Source: Lytechinus pictus (Eukaryota). From it: 64,000 nucleotides of DNA. The stretch spans positions 12,960,001-13,024,000 of the forward strand of contig NC_087263.1 in assembly GCF_037042905.1 (NCBI RefSeq). The letters are read 5' to 3'. The translations under genes and the position numbers were made by a program. The notes below the pieces were generated by a model. That model saw only the letters and a list, made by a program, of their open reading frames with translations. It made no database searches and had not been told where the DNA came from. Below, one piece after another: positions 27,641 to 38,667 of this stretch (within the stretch, counting starts at the first letter, position 1; every line of letters begins with the position of its first letter).

Positions 27641-28415
27641 GAGTTTGGTTGCAAAAGGGGTTAGGTCCACTTTGGACCATTCCGGGAAAATCAAGGTTTT
27701 TTTAATTCTCACTTATTGCAATATCCTTATGAGAAACTAAATTGTCATGATGTACTACCCTATCATATGAACATAAAATTAATTGGGTATAAAAGAAATC
27801 TACCTGTCTTCAATTTTGTGTCTATATATTTTTTGCAAGCAAACTGAAATGAATGCAATCTCTTTTGAATAAAAAAGTTATTTTTCTTTTCCTCTTTTAT
27901 TAATGTTTTAATGTGAATTTCAAATTTTCTTTGGTATCATCAGACCGACTAAAAATCTATAGGTTTTGAGACAGAAAACCATAAAATTTATGAAAAATGG
28001 ACCTAACCCCTTTTGACAAATGAGCTCTTCAGAAGAGATTGGTTGCAAAAGGGGTTAGGTCCACTGCAAAAATATCATTTTTCCCCCATATTGCAATTTT
28101 CTTATGCGAAACTAAATTTTCATGATACACTACCATGTGAACATAAAACTGGGTATAAAAGAAATCTACCTGTCTTCATATTTTTTTTATTTTTTTTTCC
28201 AAAAAAAATATTTGTGGACCAAATCCCTTTTGCAACCAAACTGAAATGGGCCTAACCCCTTTTTAATTTTTCGTTGCTATTTTTGTTTACCTTTTGATAG
28301 GAATTTCAACTTTTCGTTGGTATCATCTTATAGAGCTACTAAAAATCTATACATTGAGACGAAAAAAATCAAACTTGATGAAAAAAGGACTTAACCCCTT
28401 TTGCGCCTGAGCTCT
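27641..28415. mobile_element. Two tandem copies of a GAG...CTC-terminated MITE; inverted third copy at ~5884-6300
   Basis: GAGTTTGGTTGCAAAAGGGGTTAGGTCCAC starts at 27641 and ~28035; both copies end ...CTAACCCCTTTTG...GAGCTC. Confidence 0.7.
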
Positions 28416-31229
28416 ACATTTTTTTCTAGCCTAATATTTCAAGGGCTGCAATTTCAGGAAATATTAAGGAGCAATATCAATTTCATATTTTTCATTTCTT
28501 ATTGTCTTTTATTTTTCACTTTTTTGTTCTTTATTCCGTTTAATTATCTTATATCTTATTTCTTCTTTATCTTCTTCTTATTCTTCTTCTTATTATTATT
28601 ATTGTCATCATTATTATTATCATTATTAATATTATCATTATTGTTATAATTATTATTATTGTTGTTGTTTTTATTGTTATTATTATTATTATAATAATCA
28701 TTATTATTATCATCATCATCATCATTATTATTTTACTATTATAACTATATCCAGTGTATTTTGGAACCAGATATGAATAACATATGTTGCGTTTGGTGAG
28801 CTGAAAGGGGGCTATTATATGTGTAGGGTGTAGAATTTGTGGCGCATATGGGGTGGGGGTGATGGTTTTGAACATGTCCAAATCCTTCATGCGTGGATAT
28901 CTTATCAATCATAAAAGATGTCAATGGATACACAGGCTTTTGGGGTTTGTTTTGTGTTCAAATTGTGCTTATTTCATGGATTGTATTGTGGTTGATAATG
29001 GGCGTTTTTTAGAGAGAGGTAGTGTAGTGGTTTGAAGCTATGTTAGGATGCTGAGGATAAGATCAGGTTTCACTGCCCATGTTAATCATTAATTAAAGAG
29101 CAGAGAACGTTTGGCTGCAAAAAGGACAGTTGTTGATCAGAAAATTTGGGTGGTGAGAGGATGCATTGCCCATACAGGGAATACATCCTCTCACCTTGTG
29201 TTTTTTTAGATTGGAAGTGAATGTTGGGGTAGTTAGTGTACTCACTTTAGTTGGAAATGTTTATGTGTGGATGTGTCCGAAGTCCTACCCTGCCTGCTAC
29301 GTGCTAAGTTAGTGGTGGGCGCATGGGCGAGGATTGGCCGAGGCAGGTGTGTGCGCCTGCCCAATCGCCTAGCCCTAGCTTAAACAAATTCCAATCTTAT
29401 CAACTAGAAACTTTCACTACAGGATAATTTTTGACCGCTTTTTGTGGTAGTGATATCAGATTTTCACGATATTAAGTACTTTCTGAGATATATGACCGTC
29501 CACGAAATATGGTCACGCGCGAAGTAAGGTCACACGACCATATTTTTCACTTACCCATCACCCTGAACAATACGGCGAACAATGTCAATGATGACCCACA
29601 TATGCGATATGCAGTGTGCACATATGTGATGCGCTAAATATAGCTGCGTTTTCTTTTCCGAATATTTCCGAATAAAAAACGTGTACGATGATCAAAACGA
29701 ACAAGATAATTCTCAAATCGGAAAGTACCCGAGAGCAACAAAACCTCTGTACCCGGGGGACGTTGTTTACACTATGAGAAAACCTACTAAAAACAACAAC
29801 GCCTGAGTATTCATTGAAAATAAAGAATAATAAATTAGTTGCTATTGATATCCTTTCTTTTGTACGCACAGATATCGCCCGACGATGAAACTTAAACCGG
29901 CTTTACGAGTTTTCTTGGACAATCATGTTGTGCATCTTTGAAAGGAAGTGGCTCCCTCGAACGTATTATGGCACAGGGGTAAAAAAAAACGTCATCAATC
30001 ACGTGACATATGATAAAAACCGTATTTTCTTTGTAACCAGTTTCAACTTTTTTAATTTCAAGTCAGTGATATGTAAGTTTAACCATTAAGTGTTGTATCC
30101 ATGTATTTCCCCCAAAAAATGAAAAATGCCAACATTAAAAACGAGCGTTAATTTAGTGACGACAAAGATTCTGGTAACGAAAGTATATGAAATGTTCCGA
30201 AAAAGCTTAAGATGTGAAGAGCGCCGCACACGGCGTTCCAGGAACAGGGCGTCCAGGGGCGAATCCAGGATTTTCCAAAGAGGTGGGGGGGGGGGCATTT
30301 TCCTGATGAAAATCTGACAAGCAAAAAAAAAGGAAAAAAAAGGTGTTCATCTAAGCCAAAAAAAAAGAAATAATTAAAAATAAAGGTTCTCAGCTTCAAA
30401 GGGGAGGTTCATTTGGGTAAAATCTGTATTTTTACATTAAAAATTTTGATCATGGACACGGGCCAACTGTGCCCCCCCCCCCCCCCCCTCTGGATCCGCC
30501 ACTCACTATATCGATGAAATTCGGGACTACAGTCGATGTGAGTCAAACATTATTCATCCAGTCACTTCATCTCGGGGGGAAATATTACAAGAATATTACC
30601 AGAAACAATAAAAAAAATATCGAGAGACCGAAGCGAGTGCTGTTTATACAATATTCCTCGATTAAAGTAACGCTTTTGAAGGCCGCACTAGTGATTTTTT
30701 TTTTAAATCTTAAAGCATGTACAGTAAAATAACGGCAGGTGAATTTTAAACCAGACAAAACTTCCTGTTTCTTTATACTTCGGGCATTGGTGATGGTTAC
30801 TGGTATATCTGTTTTCTTCGGTTTCCGGAAAAGTAGAGGGGTGGTTTTCGGCATTGAAATGAAAAACCTAATGCCCAACTCTGCGCTGACAGACATTAAA
30901 TGATCTATCATTTGCTTTAGAAGTACCAAAGCTTATCTACGTACAATAATTGGAGTGCGAGAGACATGTTAGCGATGAGGTGGTGAGTGGGTGTGTTCGG
31001 GGATGGGTGGGTTCGTGTTTGGGAAATTGGTGGAGTGAATGGGAGGATGAAGGGTTGGTGAGTGCGCGTGGTGATGGGGAGGGGGTGAAGATGAGGGTGG
31101 TACGAGGGTGCATGGGAGGGTGTGGTATGAGGAGTGCGTGAGTGTAAGGGGTGATGGAAGGGTGTATGCGAGAGTAATGGGAGTGTGCGGTGTGTGCGTG
31201 GGTGGGTATAATGGGGATTAAGACGAGGG

Positions 31230-33640
31230 TGATGGAAGGGGTGCCATGAGGGGTGGGTCAGTGTAAGGGGTGATGGGAGGGCGTATGCGAGGGTGATTTG
31301 ATTGTGTGCGTAACCTGAGAGTGTGTTTGGAGTGATAGGTGTGTTAGAGTGGGATGAAGGGAGAGGAGGTGTGGGTAGCCACTGATGGTGTGTGTTAGGG
31401 GTGATGGGAGGGTGAAGGCAAGGGTGATTTGATTGTGTGCTGGACCGGAGAGTGTGTTTTGGCTGATGGGTGTGTTTGAGTGGGATGAAGTGAGAGGAGG
31501 TGTGGGTAGTCACTGATGGTGAGTGTAAGGGCTGATGGGAGGGTGTATGCGAGGGTGATTTGATTGTGTGCGTGACTGGAGAGTGTGTTTGGAGTGATGG
31601 GTGTGTTAGAGTGGGATGAAGGGATAGGATGTGTGGGTAGTCACTGATGGTGAGTGTAACGGGGTGATGGGAGGGTGTATGCAAGGGTGATTTGATTGTG
31701 TGCGTGACTGGAGAGTGTGTTTGGAGTGATGGGTGTGTTAGAGTGGGATGAAGGGAGAGGAGGTGTGGGCAGCCACTGATGGTGAGTGTAAGGGATGATG
31801 GGAGGGTGTATGCAAGTGTGATTTGATTGTGTGCGTGACCGGAGAGTGTGTTTGGAGTGATGGGTGTGTTAGAGTGGGATGAAGGGAGAGGAGGTGTGGG
31901 TAGTCACTGATGGTAAGTGTAAGCGCTGATGGGTGTAAACAAGGGTGATTTAATTGTGTGCGTGACCGGAGAGTGTGTTTGTAGTGATGCGTAAGTTAGA
32001 GTGGGATGAAGGGAGAGGTGGTGTGGGTAGTCACTGATGGTGAGTGTAAGGGGGTGATGGGAGGGTGTATGCAAGTGTGATTTGAATGTGTGCGTGACCG
32101 GAGAGTGTGTTTGGAGTGATGGGTGTGTTAGAGTGGGATGAAGGGAGAGGAGGTGTGGGTAGCCAGTGATGGTGAGTGTAAGCGGTGATGGGTGTATACA
32201 AGGGTGATTTAATTGTGTGCGTGACCGGAGAGTGTGTTTGGAGTGATGGGTGTGTTAGAGTGGGGTGAAGGGAGAGGAGGTGTGGGTAGTCACTGATGGT
32301 GAGTGTAAGGGGTGATGGGAGGTAGTATGCAAGGGTGATTTGATTTTGTGCGTGACTGCAGAGTGTGTTTGGAGTGATGGATGTGTTAGAGTGGGATGAA
32401 GGGAGAGGAGCTGGGGGTAGCCACTGATGGTGAGCGTAAGGGGTTGAGTGGAGGGTGTATACAAGTGTGATTTGATTGTGTGCGTGACTGCAGAGTGTGT
32501 TTGGAGTGATGGGTGTGTTAGAGTGGGATGAAGGGAAAGGAGGTGTGGGTAGTCACTGATGGTGAGTGTAAGGGGTGATGGGAGGGTGTACGCAAGGGTG
32601 ATTTAATTTTGTGCGGACCGGAGAGTGTTTGGAGTGATGCGTAAGTTAGAGTGGGATGAAGGGAGCGGAGGTGGGTAGTCACTGATGGTGAGTGTAAGGG
32701 GTGATGGGAGGGTGTATGCAAGGGTGATTTGATTTTGTGCGTGACTGGAGAGTGTGTTTGGAGTGATGGGTGTGTTAGAGTGGGATGAAGGGATAGGATG
32801 TGTTGGTAGTCACTGATGGTGAGTGTAAGGGGGTGATGGGAGGGTGAATACAAGTGGGATTTGATTGTGTGCGTGACTGAAGAGTATGTTTGGAGTGGTG
32901 GGTGTGTTAGAGCGGGATGAAGGGAGATGAGCTGTGGGTAGTCACTGATGGTGAGTGTAAGGGGGTAATGGGAGGGTGTATGCGAGGGTGATTTGATTGT
33001 GTGCGGGACCAGAGAGTGTGTTTAGAGTGATGGGTGTGTTAGAGTGGGATAAAGAGAGAGGAGGTGTGGGTAGCCACTGATGGTGAGTGTAAGGGGTGAT
33101 GGGAGGGTGCATGCAAGGGTGATTTGATTGTGTGCGGACCGGAGAGTGTGTTTGAAGTGATGGGTGTGGTAGAGTGGGATAAAGGGAGAGGAGGTGTGGG
33201 TAGCCACTGATGGTGAGTGTAAGGGGTAATGGGAGGGTGCATACAAGGGTGATTTGATTGTGTGCGGGACCGGAGAGTGTGTTTGGAGTGATGGGTGTGT
33301 TAGAGTGGGATAAAGGGAGAGGAGGTGTGGGTAGCCACTGATGGTGAGTGTAAGGGGTGATGGGTGTATACAAGGGTGATTTGATTGTGTGCGTGACCGG
33401 AGTGTGTGTTTTGAGTGATGGGTGTTTTATAGTGAAATGAAGGGAGAGGAGGTGTGGTGTCAGGGGTAGGTGAGTGTAACGGCCGGGTGATGGGAGGGTG
33501 ATGCATAAATCCTACTAGTATGTCAGGGTAATTTTGTAGTGTGCGTGAATGGAGAGCAATGTGTTTGGAGTGATGGGTGTGTTAGGGTGGGATGAAGGTA
33601 GAGGATGATTTGTGCCAGTTACTGATGGAGAGTGTAAGTG
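31230..33640. repeat. ~130-bp G/T-rich minisatellite, ~18 copies
   Basis: GATTTGATTGTGTGCG recurs at ~31295, 31426, 31557, 31689, 31820 ... 33378. Confidence 0.95.
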
Positions 33641-35002
33641 GGAGCTCTAACCTCCTACTTCCCTGATCAGACGGTGATGGGGATGAAAGCAGGAAGCTGA
33701 ATGTGAGGGTGTGGGGCGATGGAGGTGGGGTTATGGGGGGGGGCGGGTGTGGAAGTATATTTGGCGGTTAGGGTACGTGGGATGATGTTTCGGTGGTCTT
33801 GGGAGATGGGTCGGTGAATGTAAAAGGGTGGGGTGCGAGTGGTGATACGTTAATGGTCAGGATGAGGGTTAAAGGGGGTGAGTGTGTGGAGGATGGGGGA
33901 TGGGAAGGTAATTGGACGAGTGAGCTGGTAATCGGGTGTGAATGCTTGTAGTCACTGAGCGCGCTCTCTCTCACAGATTGGCTAGTCTCAAGAAAGAAAC
34001 CTTTTTTCCAAACTCTTCATCTTTGAAGGAGAGTCAAGTTACTATATACTGTAAAACACTCCTTGTATATTGACTTCCTTAAATTATAAAATGAACTGTT
34101 GTTTATATTCTAAAACAAAAGAGAAAGAAATTATACAAAAAGAAAGATTTATAAGAACCAAATTATATAGGAAGGATTACAGAGGCTGAATGATTAGACT
34201 AAATTATTAATTACTGCTTTCTTGTCACTGCTTTCTTCCGTGGGGAAACATGCAAAGTTGATGCAGTTACTGCTTTTTTCAAAAGTGAAAATGTGGATTT
34301 TGGTCACAAAGTTCATGTTATGCGTATCTGGCCGGCTCACATTGAAGAACATCGGTAAACAATATTCAATTGTGCAAAAAGGCAAAAATTCAAAAGTGTC
34401 CGTTAATTACTATTTTTTTTCCGTGGGGATGCATGGGGGGCAGATAGTGGGGTATTGCATGGTGAGCATGGAGAGGGTGATTGGCGTGTGTCTGGGTTAG
34501 GTTTATTTTGCGCCTGTGTATGAGTGAGCCTTTAGATCTATTGTGTATTGATGGGGTCACATCCCAATACACAGGCCTATACTTCTACTTCCTAAGAGGC
34601 AGGGGCACAGGGCAGCCCGTGCCCCCCCCCCCCCCCCTTGAGAGACACACAAAAATTGTTTAGGGGGTATATGTCATGCGTAAGTGAGGACCATTTTTGA
34701 TGTGTGTTGTTGCTTGTCAAAAATTTTTCTGGAACAAAATTTAGTACAGAGAAACATTCTTTTTTTGCCTGTCAACTGTTTTCCTGTGAAAAAGGCTGGT
34801 TGGAAAATTATGGATCTGCCCCTGACTCTTTGTTTACCTATAAGGCTGCATGCAAGATTTTATTTTCATAAGGCTGTAAAAATCGATCATTATCATTATC
34901 TTCAACATCTTCACCATCACCAATGTTATTATTGTTGTCATCATCATTATTATCACTATTATTGTAATATCTTTTGTTATTATCATAAATAATAACCATT
35001 AT

Positions 35003-36888
35003 CAGGGGCGGATCCAGCCTTCGCCATTAGGGGGCCCGAATTTTTTTTCAGCCACATTTCCCCGATCGGCCGCTCGAAATTGATTTTTTTTTTTCTTTAA
35101 AAGGGTAGTCCGAATAGTCATTTCTAAGCTTTATTCTTATAAGTCAACATAGAAATAATCTCATAATCCTTATTTAAATAGTATGAGCGCGAAGCGCGAG
35201 CTACTTTTTTATTTCATATATTTTGTCCTGAAATTTAAACATTCTGGGCAATGTTTATGATCCTAAACGAGATGTGTATTTAAATAAAAAATTACTGCGA
35301 ACGCGAAGCGCGAGCAGAAATTTTTAGTATACGTTTTGATCTGATAAAAAAATGATCTGTTAACGGCTGTTTGCATTTAGCCATGAAGACGTTACATACT
35401 CAAACAATCAAATAATGTGAGCGCGAAGCGCGAGCTGAAAATTTTCACATATCTACATGGAGAATGGAAATTCTATGCACTTTTTGTAATCGTGAAAAGG
35501 ATAAGTATACAGCTAAACAATATTGATGCGAGCGCAAAGCGCGAACGAAAAAAATCGAGATTTACACCTTAAAATAGGACACTCTATTCATGTTTTGTAA
35601 ATCATGAAAAGGATGAGTTATTGGAAATCTTCCTACATTATAATGCGAGCGCAAAGCGCCAGCAGAAATGTTTTGATAATGTGATCTAAAACTGGATGAT
35701 TTAAATAGAGCACAGCTGTGTATCTACATAAACATGCACGCGCGTGTTTCAGATTTCGACCTAGAATCTGGGCATTCTAAATACCTATTTTTATCATGAA
35801 AATCAATAAAGCGAGCGCGCAGCAAGCTTAAAATATTTGATATTCCGATCTGAAAAAAAGGTCAATTTAAGCTCTATATTTCAAGCGTTTTGTAGGAAAA
35901 TTGTGAGGTAGATATGGATCATGGTTAAAAAAGAGCTGATGTGTTTCATTATTATTACTTTGTGACATAGGACCGGGACATTGTAAGAAAATTATTTCAT
36001 CATATGAAAATGATGAATATCTTCCTATTTCTCTTCCTAAGCGCGAGATGAAACTTGTCGATATTCCATTCTTACAAAAGGGACAATTTACTTATTAAAT
36101 TAAAATCATATTTATCATCTAATAGCTTCATGAGAGCGCGAAATCTGTTAATATTATGACCAGAAAACTGGACATTTCCAGCACTTTTGTAATCAAGAAT
36201 TAGATGCATAAGTTAATATATTTTCAACAATCAATGCGAGCGTAAATCGCGAGCCGAAATTTTTTATTAACTGTCATGAAATTGAGATTTTAATTGAGAT
36301 ATACATAACTCACCAATTAAAATGCGTGCGTGCAGCGATAGCTGATACTTTTTGACAATCTGACCTGAATAGGGATATTTTGAGAACTTTATGTAATACA
36401 GGAAATTATAATAGATATCTAAGAAACCAAGTTTTGCGAGAGCGTAGCGAGCAGAAAATGTTACTATTCATACCATAAAGCAAAATTTTTACAGAGCACT
36501 TTTTAAAAATCAATTTGTATTTCACACAAAATAATGAAATTTCGTTTCCGAGCTGAAATGTATTTTGTATATTGACTTCAAAATTTGATATTTTAAGCTC
36601 AATATTGATCAAGATATGTAAATTACCTAAAAGGCAATGCGAACGCGAAGCGCGAGCGAAAATGTTATGTAGTGACATTAAAAATTTTGTTATTATATTC
36701 CAAGTCTTCCCCTCATCTTATTTTATTCACTCCTCTTCCTCCTTTAATGTTTCCCCTTCTTTTTTCTCCTCTCTTTGCCTTCTTTTTCTTTTTTCTCTCT
36801 TTCCCCCTTTTTTCTTTTTTTTGCTCCGCCAATAGCGGGGGGGGGGGGGGGGCGGGCCCCTCGGTGCCCCTAGCTGGATCCGCCTATG
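35003..36888. mobile_element. 1.9-kb non-autonomous hAT-like element with internal degenerate tandem repeats
   Basis: CAGGGGCGGATCCAGC...GCTGGATCCGCCTATG termini. GCGAGCGCGAAGCGCGAGC recurs roughly every 110-120 bp. Confidence 0.78.
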
Positions 36889-38289
36889 ATTATTATCATT
36901 ATTTTATCATTACATTATTCTGAACCAAAAACTGTATCAAAATGTGAGGCGTTGTGGCCCAGTGGATTAGTCTCCGGACTTTGCCTTCGGCAAGAAATTT
37001 ATCCACATTGTGCTGCACCCGACCCAAGTGAGGTGAATGGGTACCCGGTAGGATTTATTCCTTGAACGCTTTAGCTCATATTAATATGGTGGCTTAGCTA
37101 CAGCCGGGGTAATAATATGATACCAAGTATCAAAGCGCAGTTGAGTATATGCACATAGTAACTGCGCTATATGAATGGATATATTATTATTATTAAAATC
37201 CTAACTCTAACCCTATGCCCTCTGAAATACGAAGACCGGAGAAAACATTGCAGGGGCAAATGTGTCACCTCTTTTTACCACTTTCTTTTCGACTATTTTC
37301 ATCAAAGTTAACATACCCATAATCCGACAAAAGACTTTATATTTAAGGACAACGTCCACACGTGAATGCGTATGTAATTGGAGTGTCTCTATGCAAATGC
37401 AGGGAATAAAAACACCCTCTCGTCAAGGCTTGTTAAAAAAAAACAGACTAAAAGAAAAAGTAACATGGAACATTAATTTGTTTATCTCAACTGCTCTAAA
37501 AAAGCGATAATGATGAAATAAATATTCTGCCCTCTATCGGTTATCATTGTACATGTTTGCAATAATATAAACACATATTGACAGATAGAGTGCATGCACG
37601 AAAAGATGTCGGTGACCATCTAAATCAAATCCATCGTTGAATTGGATGACTAAAAGAGTCTTGGAAGGTGGTAAGTGTATTTTATCATATTTCAATTTAA
37701 GCGTGAGTTTGTGTGCGTGGAATTAATATGTATTTGAGAAAGAATGATGAGCCTGGTCGAGTTGATGATGATATGATCGGTGCTGGAGCTGGAGGCAGTA
37801 CCGGCGCGGTAGTGGGGCCTCGGCTCTGCCTCTGGGTCGCTAGCCCGTGGAGAATGATGGGCGTGAGCCGAGCCGCGCCTTTAATTGCGTTGCTGTTGCG
37901 TTGAGTTTCATTGCCACCTGCTCAGGCTCAGTCAGAGTCAGACCTCTCTGCCCAGATAGATAGCTGCATTCATGAAAAGAAGGGAAGAAGAATGTAATTT
38001 GATGGCAACCAATTTGAAAATGACCATACGATTGTGATTTTGTACATGGCCTGGTCAGCCCCCCCACCCACTTTGAAAACCGTTCCGCTGCCCCTGTGTT
38101 TACATGCTGTATTCTATATATCACAGAACAAAGAATTGATAAATGTCCATATAGACCCCCGAGATAAGATTAATAAACCACTTCAATGAAATAACATCTC
38201 TGTTATGCCCCTGCACAGACTCGTCTACATTGATTTCGATATTTAAGCGTCATTATAAAATTATAACAAAATGAACGCCTTGATTAAAG

Positions 38290-38400
38290 GCCATAAAGCC
38301 TAGAGACTCGCGAGCGTCATGTAACAACTCGCCCTGGATTTGCATGTACAGGATCCTATGGCGACAACAGCTGCCGCAAGAGTTGGCCAGAAGAGGCGAT
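38290..38400 (+). promoter_or_regulatory. Probable TMTC1 promoter / 5' UTR region
   Basis: Local CpG enrichment, palindromic CTCGCGAG near 38307 (resembles the TCTCGCGAGA promoter motif), ATGGCG, and the downstream strong splice donor. Confidence 0.4.
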
Positions 38401-38431
38401 GAAAACACAAAATTTGGAAAGAAAAGAACCG
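38399..38431 (+). CDS. TMTC1: Putative first coding exon of TMTC1-like gene (MKTQNLERKEP)
   Basis: ATG at 38399, 11 codons, then a strong donor CCG|GTGAGT at 38432. Phase-0 splicing to the acceptor at 44346 gives an open frame ([12 protein letters not shown]) into the ATG at 44382. Lies in a CpG-richer patch. No homology support for this peptide. Confidence 0.5.
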
Positions 38432-38523
38432 GTGAGTACCCATTTTACATTATAATTAGTCAATTAGTATATAATAAATAAGTTAGACCTAAATTTAGAG
38501 GAATGGGCTGGAAATTCAAGGCC

Positions 38524-38667
38524 AAAACGTACCCGTCTGGCGTCGCCTTTTCCAACACGCGTTGGAATAGCCGTGTCGCCTAGAGTGGCTTGGACCTCGA
38601 ACCTTTGCATCAATGTGTAACTTCCCCACATGGCTTGGAGTTACAGGCGCATGCCACAATGCCCAGT
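38524..38667 (-). ncRNA. 7SL/Alu-domain-like pol III sequence (SINE head or small RNA)
   Basis: Minus strand reads CTGGGCATTGTGGCATGCGCCTGTAACTCCAAGC...GGTTCGAGG...TTTT. This resembles the 7SL 5' end GCCGGGCGCGGTGGCGCGTGCCTGTAGTCCCAGC, followed by a B-box-like motif and a T4 run. Confidence 0.55.

Noticed and set aside
28401..28908. Poly-Ile/Leu/Met hydrophobic ORFs
   Set aside because: They are translations of an (ATT/ATC)n microsatellite.
28750..29385. Possible LINE 3' remnant or Helitron-like end (hairpin GGCAGG...CCTGCC followed by CTAG)
   Set aside because: Too degenerate: no matching 5' end or clear protein motif could be established.
30917..33506. His/Pro/Thr-rich ORFs up to 255 aa on the minus strand
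   Set aside because: They are translations of the 130-bp minisatellite, occur in all three frames with frequent shifts, and have no splice or homology support.
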